Positions 25,189 to 33,870 of a stretch of 35,685 nt of DNA are shown here, in pieces. Made by a program: the position numbers and the translations under genes. The stretch's first letter is position 1. Every line of letters begins with the position of its first letter. This DNA comes from Minisyncoccota bacterium (GTDB lineage Bacteria; Patescibacteriota; Minisyncoccia; Minisyncoccales; PWPS01), in contig JAIPIL010000003.1 of NCBI GenBank assembly GCA_021734685.1, positions 1-35,685 on the forward strand, in the 5' to 3' direction. The notes below the pieces were generated by a model. That model searched no databases. It was not told where the DNA came from and saw only the letters and a list, made by a program, of their open reading frames with translations.

Positions 25189-25435
25189 AATTTTCAATTT
25201 TCAATTTGGCAATTTTCAAAACAATCATCTGTCATTCTGAACGAAGCGTAGCGTAGTGAAGAATCCCACTGTTTTTGCAGTAACTTGAGATTCTTCGGCT
25301 ACCGCCTCAGAATGACGGTGGGATGTCATTCCCACCCCTCCCTTGTCATTCCCGCGAAGGCGGGAATCCAGTTTTGGATTTTGAATTTTGGTTATTGGTG
25401 CTTATTTAGGATTTGGTGCTTAGGATTTGGTGCTT
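25189..25435. repeat. Intergenic repeat mosaic (heptamer array, long palindrome, dRS3-like palindrome, 14-mer repeats)
   Basis: AATTTTC x3-4 (25189-25217); GTCATTCTGA...TCAGAATGAC with inner GAAGAATC/GATTCTTC (25231-25316); ATTCCCGCGAAGGCGGGAAT (25348-25367); TTGGTGCTT x3 (25395-25435). Confidence 0.8.
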
Positions 25436-25510
25436 TTCCATATATATTGTCAAACGACGCTTTTAGTACTAAAATGTACTTATCACTATTAATAAATTAA
25501 AAATTACAAT

Positions 25511-27238
25511 ATGTCTGAAAATAATATTGAGAAAGTTAGGCACTCGCTTGCTCACATTCTTGCTTGTGCTATAAAAGAAATGTATCCGGAAGCAAAAATC
25601 GGAGTTGGTCCAGCAATTGACAACGGTTTTTACTATGATTTTGACAACATAAATATCAGTGAAACAGATCTTCCAAAGATTGAGAAAAATATGCGAAAAA
25701 TCATTAAAAAAGGAGTTGTTTTTGAAAAACAAGTTGTTGACAGAAAAGAAGCAGAAAAAATCTTTAAAGATGAACCATACAAGTTAGAACTTCTTAATGA
25801 TATTGAAGAAGAAGAGATTTCTATTTATAAAAGTGGAGATTTTGTTGATCTCTGTTCTGGCCCTCATATTGAAAATTCAAAAGAAATAAACCCTGAAGGA
25901 TTTAAGCTTGAACGAACTGCTGGTGCTTACTTTAAAGGATCAGAAGACAACAAGATGCTTCAAAGGATATACGGATTGGCATTTGAAGACAAAGAAAAAC
26001 TTCAAGATTACATCGCAAAAAAAGAAGATGCCGAAAAAAGAGACCATCGAAAGATAGGAAAAAAACTAGAACTCTTTATGTTTGATGATGAGGTTGGACA
26101 AGGTCTCCCCCTTTATCTTCCAAACGGAGGAATGCTTCGCTATCTGTTAATGAACTTTGCAATGGAAACTTATCTTGATCACGGATATGAGATTGTTTCA
26201 ACTCCTCACATCGCAAGAGAAGATCTTTGGAAAAGATCAGGGCATTTAGAGCTTTATGCAGAAGATATGTATAGTCCAATATCAGTTGATGATAAAAACT
26301 ACCGCTTGAAACCAATGAACTGCCCTTTCCATGTTAAGATGTATAACTTAAGAAAAAGAAGCTACCGAGAACTTCCTTTAAGATGGGCAGAGATGGGAAC
26401 TGTTTACCGTTATGAAAAATCAGGAGAGTTGCACGGATTAACAAGACCACGAGGATTCACTCAAGACGATGCCCACATTATTTGTACTGAAGATCAGCTT
26501 TTCCAAGAAGTTATAAACGCCTTAAAACTGGTTCAGTATATATACAAAACACTGGGAATGGAAGATCTGAAATTTAAACTGTCAGTTAGAGACCCAAAAA
26601 ACATTGATAAGTATTTTGGAGACAATAAAGATTGGGAAGAAGCAGAAAAATCACTTAAAAGAGCAATTAATGAAGTTTCCTCTTCTGGATATGAGATTGA
26701 CGAAGGTGGTGCTGTTTTTTACGCTCCAAAAATTGATATTGACGCCGTAGATGCTGTTGGAAGAAGTTGGCAGTTGTCAACAATTCAGGTTGATTTTAAT
26801 CTTCCTTACCGTTTTGATATGACCTACATCAATGAAAATGGAGAAGAAAAGACTCCGTTTATGATTCACCGCGCTCTCCTCGGTTCTTTGGAAAGGTTCT
26901 TAGGCGTTTACATAGAACACACTGAAGGAAACTTTCCTGTTTGGTTATCTCCAAAACAGGTTCTTGTCATCCCTGTTTCTGAAAAATTCGCTGATTATGC
27001 CGAAGAAGTTTTATCAGCATTAAGAAAAAAAAGAATAAGAGCATCTTTAAGTGGAGAAAACGAAACTTTGGGAAAAAAAATAAGAAACGGAGAAGTGCAA
27101 AAAGTGCCATATCTTGTTGTGGTTGGAGAGAAAGAAAAAAATGAAAAAACAGTTAGCGTCCGATATCATGGAAAAGACGAAGGAGTTATTAACCTTGATG
27201 ATTTTGTTAAAAAATTAAAAGAAGAATCAAGTATATAA
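25511..27238 (+). CDS. thrS: Threonine--tRNA ligase (no N-terminal TGS domain)
   Basis: RHSLAH, GP.I..GFYYDF, DLC.GPH, RDHRKIG, KPMNCP.H, R.RGFTQDDAH, IHRA..GS.ERF. Confidence 0.97.
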   Translation: MSENNIEKVRHSLAHILACAIKEMYPEAKIGVGPAIDNGFYYDFDNINISETDLPKIEKNMRKIIKKGVVFEKQVVDRKEAEKIFKDEPYKLELLNDIEEEEISIYKSGDFVDLCSGPHIENSKEINPEGFKLERTAGAYFKGSEDNKMLQRIYGLAFEDKEKLQDYIAKKEDAEKRDHRKIGKKLELFMFDDEVGQGLPLYLPNGGMLRYLLMNFAMETYLDHGYEIVSTPHIAREDLWKRSGHLELYAEDMYSPISVDDKNYRLKPMNCPFHVKMYNLRKRSYRELPLRWAEMGTVYRYEKSGELHGLTRPRGFTQDDAHIICTEDQLFQEVINALKLVQYIYKTLGMEDLKFKLSVRDPKNIDKYFGDNKDWEEAEKSLKRAINEVSSSGYEIDEGGAVFYAPKIDIDAVDAVGRSWQLSTIQVDFNLPYRFDMTYINENGEEKTPFMIHRALLGSLERFLGVYIEHTEGNFPVWLSPKQVLVIPVSEKFADYAEEVLSALRKKRIRASLSGENETLGKKIRNGEVQKVPYLVVVGEKEKNEKTVSVRYHGKDEGVINLDDFVKKLKEESSI

Positions 27239-28788
27239 TGGCAAAAATATCTCCTTTAACTCAAAAAATAATAAAGGATTTCTCCAGAGAAAAAAAATCT
27301 TCCAAAAAGAAGAGTGATTATTTTGTTAGGATAGAAAGAACCCCTAGAAACAGTGTTTTTAGAAATAAGATGATTGAAAAAGGAGAAAAAGGAGAAAAGC
27401 GAGCTTTAAGAAGAAAAGTAGTTGTATTTTTTTTAAGAAAAAGATTGTTTAGTAAAGATCTTTTACAGACAAACCCAAAAAGCAACGCTCGTCTTCTTTT
27501 TGCTGAAATAATTAGCCGTGGATATCTCTCAAAAAACAAAATTAAAAACTTAAAATTTCAAAAAGTTAGCGCTGTTCTGGAAAAATATTCCTATCTTTTA
27601 AGACACTCTCCTGATCAAAGGATGGGTTTTAAGTGGTGGATTATTGAGGTTGCTTCTTGTGAATTAGAAGAAGTTATATGGTCAGCAAAAGAAGAGAAAA
27701 TATTTACCTCGTATATGGCTCGCTATTTGATGGAAGAAGCCGAGATTGAAAGTAGTTCAAAAAAAATAAATAGCACTTTTTTATTTCGGATATCATCAAA
27801 AAAAGCAATCTTTAAGGGAGTAGATCTTCCGGTTTTCAGTTACTACTTTATAAAAAACAAATATCCTTTCTGGAGTGAGGCGTCAGAAAAGGATCTTGAA
27901 AAAGTAATAACAACAATCAGTGAAGACAAGGAAGATATTGAAAAAGAGTTTAGAGGCACTGCCTATAAGAAAGTTTTTCTTTTTTGCAAAAAAAACACCC
28001 TCCCCTTTCTTGCTATAAAAGATCTTTTCAATCAAAATTCAAAAAAAATAAAGAGTCTTCTTTCTGATCCACAAGAAGTAGAAAAGGAAGTTAAAAAAAT
28101 ATACGAAGAAAAGAAAAAGGAAGTTGAAAAAACAATTTACCTCTCTACAACAACTCTTGCTTTCTTTTTATTTATTTTTAATTTTTCCTTTTTCAATTTC
28201 ACTGTTAATAATTTTGACGCTCTTATCGGCGTCTTCCTCCTCCCTTTCCTTGTTCTACTTCTAACTGTAAGCACTTCCCTTCCTCTTGATAAAAACAAAA
28301 ACAAACTATTATTAAAGGTGATTGATATTGTTTATAAAAAAGAAAACAAAGAAAAAAGAAAAATATCTTTAAAGAAGCATAAGAAAAGTGTTGTTTTTGC
28401 GATAAATATGTTCTATTCTTTATTTTTTGTTGTTTTAATCGCTCTTTTTATTTTCATTCTTTTTATTGTGGAGATGAAGACAAGCAACTCTTTTGTTTTC
28501 TTTTTTCTTCTTCTCTTATCATCTTTCCTTATGGTAAAAATAAGAAAAAAAGTAAAAGATCTTTTTGTAATAGAAAAGAAAGAGAAGATAACAGAAGTTG
28601 CCCTTGATGCTCTTTCTTTTCCTTTAATAAAGGTAGAAAAAGCACTTGAAATTAACGAAAAAAAATGTCACCCTGCTTTTATAATAACTGAAGCATTAAT
28701 AAAAATGAGAAAAAAAGATATTGTTGATCTTTTTAATAACTGGAAGTTGAAGTTAAAACAAAAAAAAGAAAAAATATACGAAATTTAA
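27238..28788 (+). CDS. Hypothetical membrane protein (basic soluble N-terminal domain, about 4 C-terminal TM helices)
   Basis: 516-aa ORF coupled to thrS by a TAATG overlap; two pairs of hydrophobic segments in the C-terminal half. Confidence 0.75.
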   Translation: MAKISPLTQKIIKDFSREKKSSKKKSDYFVRIERTPRNSVFRNKMIEKGEKGEKRALRRKVVVFFLRKRLFSKDLLQTNPKSNARLLFAEIISRGYLSKNKIKNLKFQKVSAVLEKYSYLLRHSPDQRMGFKWWIIEVASCELEEVIWSAKEEKIFTSYMARYLMEEAEIESSSKKINSTFLFRISSKKAIFKGVDLPVFSYYFIKNKYPFWSEASEKDLEKVITTISEDKEDIEKEFRGTAYKKVFLFCKKNTLPFLAIKDLFNQNSKKIKSLLSDPQEVEKEVKKIYEEKKKEVEKTIYLSTTTLAFFLFIFNFSFFNFTVNNFDALIGVFLLPFLVLLLTVSTSLPLDKNKNKLLLKVIDIVYKKENKEKRKISLKKHKKSVVFAINMFYSLFFVVLIALFIFILFIVEMKTSNSFVFFFLLLLSSFLMVKIRKKVKDLFVIEKKEKITEVALDALSFPLIKVEKALEINEKKCHPAFIITEALIKMRKKDIVDLFNNWKLKLKQKKEKIYEI

Positions 28789-28791
28789 ACT

Positions 28792-30021
28792 ATGAAATAT
28801 CACATAATAACATACGGCTGTCAGATGAACGAAAGTGACAGCGAAAGAGTATCATCATTTTTCCAAGAAAACGGACTCTTGGAGGGAGATGAAGAAGAAG
28901 CTGATGTTATCATCTTTACTGCTTGCAGTATTCGTCAGTCAGCGATAGACAGAGTTATCGCAAGAGGAAAAGAGATAAAGAAAAAAAAGGAAAAGCCAGT
29001 AACAATTCTTACAGGATGTGTTCTTGAAGAAGATAAAAAAAGTTTATCTTCTATTTTTGATTACATTTTAGATATTAACGACCTCCCTCACTGGCCACTT
29101 CCCTTTCTTAGCAAAAGCAGTAAACAATACTTTGAAATCGTTCCAAAAAGAAACGGTATTAGTGCCTACATATCAATTATGACTGGTTGTGACAACTTCT
29201 GCACATACTGTGTTGTTCCTTATACTAGAGGAAGAGTATCTTGTCGTCCAACAAAAGAAGTTTTAAAAGAAGTTGAAGAGGCCGTAGAAGAAGGACACAA
29301 AGAGATCTGGTTTCTCGGACAAAATGTAAACGCCTATAAAGAAGAACTAACTTTTGGAGAACTACTAAAAGAAACAAACAAAATAAAAGGTGATTTCTGG
29401 ATAAGGTTTACCAGCTCTCATCCAAACGATTTTACCGATGATATGATTGAGGCGATGAAAAACTGCAAAAAAGTAACCAACTACCTAAACCTTCCTGTTC
29501 AATCTGGAAACGACGAGATTTTGAAAAAAATGAACAGACCATACAACATTTCAGAGTATAAAAAAATTATTACAAAAGTAAAAGAAGAAGTCCCCGATGT
29601 GTTTATATCAACCGACATAATTGTTGGTTTTCCCGGAGAAACAGAAAAACACTTCCGAAGTACCCTAAATCTCTTTAACGAAATCTTGTTTGATATGATA
29701 TACATCGGAAAATACTCTCCCCGAAAACAAACTGTTGCCTATAAGATGAAAGAAACAGTTTCTCCAAGCGAAAAAAAGAGAAGAGAAAAGGTTTTAAATG
29801 AACTACTAAAAGAAAGTAATCTTGAAAAAAACAAGCAATATATTGGAAAAAAATTAAAAGTGCTGGTTACTAACTCTAATAGTAAAGGATTACTGGTTGG
29901 AAAAACAAAAAACTACAAAAGCGTTAGTTTCAAAGGAAGTAAAAAACTGATCGGCAGTTTTGTTGATGTTAAAATAAATGACTACTCTCTATGGGGATTA
30001 AAAGGAACAAAGATAAGTTAA
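28792..30021 (+). CDS. miaB: tRNA-i6A37 methylthiotransferase
   Basis: TYGCQMNESDSE, C.IR, TGC, radical SAM GCDNFCTYC, DIIVGFPGET, TRAM domain; adjacent to miaA. Confidence 0.93.
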   Translation: MKYHIITYGCQMNESDSERVSSFFQENGLLEGDEEEADVIIFTACSIRQSAIDRVIARGKEIKKKKEKPVTILTGCVLEEDKKSLSSIFDYILDINDLPHWPLPFLSKSSKQYFEIVPKRNGISAYISIMTGCDNFCTYCVVPYTRGRVSCRPTKEVLKEVEEAVEEGHKEIWFLGQNVNAYKEELTFGELLKETNKIKGDFWIRFTSSHPNDFTDDMIEAMKNCKKVTNYLNLPVQSGNDEILKKMNRPYNISEYKKIITKVKEEVPDVFISTDIIVGFPGETEKHFRSTLNLFNEILFDMIYIGKYSPRKQTVAYKMKETVSPSEKKRREKVLNELLKESNLEKNKQYIGKKLKVLVTNSNSKGLLVGKTKNYKSVSFKGSKKLIGSFVDVKINDYSLWGLKGTKIS

Positions 30022-30896
30022 AAGTTGTTGTTGTCTTAGGACCAACCTCTTCTGGAAAAAGTGATCTCGCCGTTGAGATCTCTAAAAAGTTTAACGGCGA
30101 AGTTATATCAGCTGATTCAAGGCAAGTTTACAAAAAGATGGATATCGGTTCTGGAAAAGTTACCGAAGAAGAGATGCAAGGAGTCCCCCACTATCTTCTT
30201 GATGTTGTTGATCCTAAAAAAAGATTTAGTGTTTCTGATTATAAAAAACTTGCTGAAAAAGCAGTAAAGCAGATTGCTGAAAAAGGAAAACTACCTATCG
30301 TTTGCGGAGGAACTGCTTTCTATATAAAAGCACTGATGGACGGGGTTGTTTTTCCTAAGGTTTCCCCTGATTGGACACTAAGAAGAAGATTGGAGAAAAA
30401 AACTACAGAAGAGCTTTATCAGGAGCTTGAAAAAAAAGATCCGCAAAGAGCGGAAAATATTGACTCTAAAAACAAAGTAAGGTTGATAAGAGCGTTAGAG
30501 ATAATATCAAAAACAAAAAAGCCAGTTCCTAAGGTAAAAGAGGAACCGCCATACAACTCACTATATATAGGAATAGATGTTGATCAAGAAGAATTAGAAG
30601 AGAGAATAGAAAAAAGACTGGACCGCCGAATTGAAGAAGGAATGATTGAAGAAGTTCGTAGCTTAAAAGAAGATGGCGTTTCGTGGGAACGGCTTGAAGA
30701 GTTAGGATTAGAGTATCGCTGGATCGCTCGCTACCTCCAAGGGAAGATTGATTACGAAGAAGCAAAAGAGAGGCTGTCCACTGATATAAAAAAGTTTAGC
30801 AAAAGACAAAGAACATGGTGGCGAGGAGACGAAAGAATCCACTGGATAAAAAACCTAAAAGAAGCAGAAGATCTAGTCAACAGCTTTATAAAATAA
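29991..30896 (+). CDS. miaA: tRNA dimethylallyltransferase
   Basis: GPTSSGKS, ISADSRQVY, GGT.FY, RLIRALE, KRQRTW. Confidence 0.96.
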   Translation: MGIKRNKDKLKVVVVLGPTSSGKSDLAVEISKKFNGEVISADSRQVYKKMDIGSGKVTEEEMQGVPHYLLDVVDPKKRFSVSDYKKLAEKAVKQIAEKGKLPIVCGGTAFYIKALMDGVVFPKVSPDWTLRRRLEKKTTEELYQELEKKDPQRAENIDSKNKVRLIRALEIISKTKKPVPKVKEEPPYNSLYIGIDVDQEELEERIEKRLDRRIEEGMIEEVRSLKEDGVSWERLEELGLEYRWIARYLQGKIDYEEAKERLSTDIKKFSKRQRTWWRGDERIHWIKNLKEAEDLVNSFIK

Positions 30897-30900
30897 AAAC

Positions 30901-30925
30901 AGGGGGTTGTGTAGAACAACCCCCT
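30901..30925. terminator. Hairpin between the convergent miaA and small hypothetical gene
   Basis: Perfect 10-bp stem AGGGGGTTGT-GTAGA-ACAACCCCCT. Confidence 0.75.
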
Positions 30926-30947
30926 TTGGTTAAGGGCTCAAGTGTTT

Positions 30948-31151
30948 TCATATCGCCAGCACACTTTCCTCTGGCTCTAACGAGACACTCGAGACCCTTC
31001 TTTTATTGCTGTTGTTGTAAATGGCCGAAATTTCGGCCAAAGGAATGCTCTTCACGACCTCATCATCTCCCTGAGGCAAGAAAAAAAGCATTCCCCTCTC
31101 TATCCAATGTTCCTCGGTGGCACCATCAGGGCGCCGGATGGTAATTTTCAT
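30948..31151 (-). CDS. Small hypothetical protein (67 aa)
   Basis: Strong SD AAAGGAGGT just before ATG 31151; overlaps the 3' end of the upstream gene. Confidence 0.6.
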   Translation of the reverse strand: MKITIRRPDGATEEHWIERGMLFFLPQGDDEVVKSIPLAEISAIYNNSNKRRVSSVSLEPEESVLAI

Positions 31152-31503
31152 CACCACCTCCTTTCTTAAAAGTTACCTTCATAGAGTCGCCGTCAACTAC
31201 GGCGATCATCTTATGCCTATTGCACAAGGTTTCGATTTCCTTCAGAGAAATATCATGCAGAGAAATCTCTTTTTTTCTGAGAAGAAAAATGACTTCTTCA
31301 ACCATCTCCTGAACTTCCTCCTTTTTCCAAAGAAGGATGAAGGGAGAGAAAAGAAAAATCCATTTCGGGGTATAGGCAATCAGCCCCGGATGAGAAGCGC
31401 TTTGATCAAAGACATATAGCATTCCACCAACAATCCAGGCACCAAAAGTAAAAGTAGAGAGAACACCTACAACGAACAAGCTTGTGAAAAGAACTGATTT
31501 CAT
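31126..31503 (-). CDS. Hypothetical membrane protein (125 aa, 2 hydrophobic segments)
   Basis: SD AAGGAG before ATG 31503 (MKSVLFTSLF) and a consensus promoter upstream. The ORF-track start at 31578 would run through the promoter. Confidence 0.65.
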   Translation of the reverse strand: MKSVLFTSLFVVGVLSTFTFGAWIVGGMLYVFDQSASHPGLIAYTPKWIFLFSPFILLWKKEEVQEMVEEVIFLLRKKEISLHDISLKEIETLCNRHKMIAVVDGDSMKVTFKKGGGDENYHPAP

Positions 31504-31537
31504 ACTATTCTCCTTTTTTCGTTTCTGTTTATCGTAT

Positions 31538-31566
31538 ATTATATAAATAATAATGATATTTGTCAA
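31538..31566 (-). promoter_or_regulatory. Perfect-consensus sigma70 promoter
   Basis: TTGACA (31566-61), 17 nt spacer, TATAAT (31543-38). Confidence 0.8.
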
Positions 31567-31586
31567 GAGAAAAACCATAAAACAAC

Positions 31587-31626
31587 AAAAAAGCTGTGCG
31601 GGGGTGGAGTCCGCACAGCTTTTTTT
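31587..31626 (-). terminator. Intrinsic (bidirectional) terminator after gatB
   Basis: AAAAAA-GCTGTGCGG-9 nt loop-CCGCACAGC-TTTTTTT. Confidence 0.8.
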
Positions 31627-31638
31627 CTTTTAAGCTCT

Positions 31639-31659
31639 TCCCAAGGTCCGACCTTGGGA
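31639..31659. repeat. Palindrome with AGGT-CCG-ACCT core
   Basis: TCCCAAGGT-CCG-ACCTTGGGA, immediately after the gatB stop. Confidence 0.75.
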
Positions 31660-31663
31660 GTTT

Positions 31664-33115
31664 TTAGTTTAGTTTTTGTTTTAGGATTTTGTTTGCTTGA
31701 TCGGGAGATGCTTTTCCTTTTGTTTTTGCCATTACTTTTCCTATTAAGAACTGTAAAACTTCAATTTTTCCTTCTTTGTATTCTTTAATTGCTGGCTGAC
31801 TTTCAGTTATAACCTCATCAACTACTTTTTCTATCTCCCCTTCGTCGCTAATCTCAGAAAGTCCCTTTTCTTGAATCACAACTGAAGCATCTTTTCCGCT
31901 TTCAAACATTTCTTTTATCACTATTTTTGCTATCTTGCTTGATATTTTTTTGTTATAAACAAGAACTACAAAGTCAGCAAACTTTAACGGATTTATTTTT
32001 GTTTCATTAACTAATCCTCCGTTCAACATTCCAAGAACTTCACTAAAAAGATAATTTTTAGCAATCTTTCCAACTTCTTTTTTTGCTTCATTCTTGTTTA
32101 TCTTTTTCAAGGCTAGCTGAACTGTTTCTTCAAAGTAATCTGCCACTTCTCGGTTATCAATAAAGACCTCTATTTCGTTCTCTTTATCTACCCCATACTC
32201 CTCCTTAAAACGATTTCTTTTCTCTTTTGGTAGTTCTACTCCAATCTCTATTCCATCTTTCTTAAAAGGGCTTTCATTTAAAAACAAAGGGGGAAGATCT
32301 GGCTCTGGAAAGTAACGGTAATCATGAGCATTTTCTTTTGCTCTTTGAGAAAATGTTTCTTCTCTCTGATCGTGCCACCCTCTTGTTTCTTGGACAACCA
32401 ACTCCCCTCTCTCAAGGACTTCTCTTTGTCTTTTTATCTCATACTCTGTTGCGTTATAAACAGTGCGGAAAGAGTTTAGATTTTTAATCTCTACCTTCGT
32501 TCCAAACTCTCCGTTCTCTTTGCAAAGAGAGATGTTAACTTCAACCCTCATCTGCCCCTGATTCATATTTGCTTCTGAAACTCCAAGATAACGGAGAATA
32601 AGTTGTAGTTCTTTTGCAAATCCACGAGCTTCTTCCGCGCTTCTTATGTCTGGCTCTGTCACAAGCTCCATCAAAGGAACTCCTGAGCGGTTAAAATCAA
32701 TAAGTGATTCTTTTTCTTTTTCGTTGTGAACAATTCTTCCTGTATCTTCTTCAAGGTGAATACGATTAATTCTTATCTTTCTATCCCCCACCTCTAAATA
32801 ACCATCATAACAAAATGGTTTTTCATCTTGTGATATCTGATATCCTTTTGGGAGGTCTGGGTAAAAGTAATTTTTACGATCAAAGCGGGATTCATCTCTT
32901 AAGCTACAATTCAGTGCCTTCCCTGCTTTCAAAACACTAATAACTGCTTCTTTGTTTATTACCGGAAATGTTCCCGGATGCCCCAAACAAACAGGACAGA
33001 TATAGGTATTAGGACTTCCTGCTTCAGCATTATTAGGACAAGAACAAAACATCTTTGATTTTGTTTTCAACTGAGCGTGAATCTCTAATCCTATTACAGG
33101 CGTATATTTTTTCAT
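31664..33115 (-). CDS. gatB: Asp-tRNA(Asn)/Glu-tRNA(Gln) amidotransferase subunit B
   Basis: IGLEIHAQL.T.SKMFC, FDRKNYFYPDLPKGYQISQ, HLEEDTG, YRYFPEPDLP. Start moved to ATG 33115. Confidence 0.97.
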   Translation of the reverse strand: MKKYTPVIGLEIHAQLKTKSKMFCSCPNNAEAGSPNTYICPVCLGHPGTFPVINKEAVISVLKAGKALNCSLRDESRFDRKNYFYPDLPKGYQISQDEKPFCYDGYLEVGDRKIRINRIHLEEDTGRIVHNEKEKESLIDFNRSGVPLMELVTEPDIRSAEEARGFAKELQLILRYLGVSEANMNQGQMRVEVNISLCKENGEFGTKVEIKNLNSFRTVYNATEYEIKRQREVLERGELVVQETRGWHDQREETFSQRAKENAHDYRYFPEPDLPPLFLNESPFKKDGIEIGVELPKEKRNRFKEEYGVDKENEIEVFIDNREVADYFEETVQLALKKINKNEAKKEVGKIAKNYLFSEVLGMLNGGLVNETKINPLKFADFVVLVYNKKISSKIAKIVIKEMFESGKDASVVIQEKGLSEISDEGEIEKVVDEVITESQPAIKEYKEGKIEVLQFLIGKVMAKTKGKASPDQANKILKQKLN

Positions 33116-33119
33116 TTTT

Positions 33120-33776
33120 CTAATTATTAGATTCTTCTTCTGCGATCTCAACTCCGGAACTACTTCCAATGATATCCGCTCCTGCTTCTATCATTTTTTT
33201 TGCTTGTTCATAATTACCTATATTCCCCGAAGCCTTTACTAAAAGCCCGGGAGCATTTTCTCTCATCATTTTTAGATGACGAGCTTTTTCTTCAGCTTCT
33301 CTTCCTTCAAGGGGGTCTTTTGATGTTGCTGTTTTAACACAAATTGCTCCCGCTTCTTTAACCATTTGTGAAGCTTTTTTTATCTCATCATCGGTTAAAT
33401 ATCCTGATCCGATAATCACCTTTGTTGGAGCAATTGCACAAACCGCTTTCAGATCTTCTAAGACTTTTTCGTGTCTATCGTGCTTCATATCAATAATGTT
33501 CATCACAATATCAACCTCGTCAGCTCCGTCTTCTCTGACTTTTTTACACATCTCCACTCTTTCTTCAGTGCTACTTAATCCCATTGGAGGATCAACGAGA
33601 ATAACTGTTTTAACATCGGTTCCTTCTAACTCTTCAGAAACAACTTTTGTCCACTCAGGATTAACACATACTCCGTGAAATCCATACTGCTTTGCTTCTT
33701 CACAGGTTTTTTTAATATCTTCAACTGTTGCATCTTTCTTAATATTTGTGTGATCAATTTTTTCTGTAATAGACAT
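33120..33776 (-). CDS. deoC: Deoxyribose-phosphate aldolase (somewhat divergent)
   Basis: IDHT, VCVNP, GADEVDIVMN, KVII, VKT (Schiff-base Lys), VKASG, AGA..IG.S. Confidence 0.85.
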   Translation of the reverse strand: MSITEKIDHTNIKKDATVEDIKKTCEEAKQYGFHGVCVNPEWTKVVSEELEGTDVKTVILVDPPMGLSSTEERVEMCKKVREDGADEVDIVMNIIDMKHDRHEKVLEDLKAVCAIAPTKVIIGSGYLTDDEIKKASQMVKEAGAICVKTATSKDPLEGREAEEKARHLKMMRENAPGLLVKASGNIGNYEQAKKMIEAGADIIGSSSGVEIAEEESNN

Positions 33777-33817
33777 ATAGTGTTTTTAAATTAAATTATT
33801 ATAATTAATAATATAGC

Positions 33818-33847
33818 AAAAAAGAGCCCCTTAATCAAGGGCTCTTT
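33818..33847 (-). terminator. Intrinsic terminator after thyX
   Basis: Minus strand AAAGAGCCCTT-GATT-AAGGGGCTCTTTTTT. Confidence 0.75.
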
Positions 33848-33870
33848 GCTTTATAGACCAAGGCCTATAT

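Noticed and set aside
25285-25500. 71-aa ORF between dnaE and thrS
   Set aside because: It is a translation of the palindromic and heptamer repeats, with a TTG start and no RBS.
25180-25510. Possible thrS T-box or CRISPR array
   Set aside because: No UGGN-ACC antiterminator bulge or terminator before thrS; no equal-length repeats with unique spacers and no cas genes.
7689-33169. ORF-track starts at 7727 (valS), 13495 (khpA), 31578 (hypothetical) and 33169 (gatB)
   Set aside because: The extensions overlap upstream genes, leaders or promoters; downstream ATGs at 7688, 13429, 31503 and 33115 fit better.
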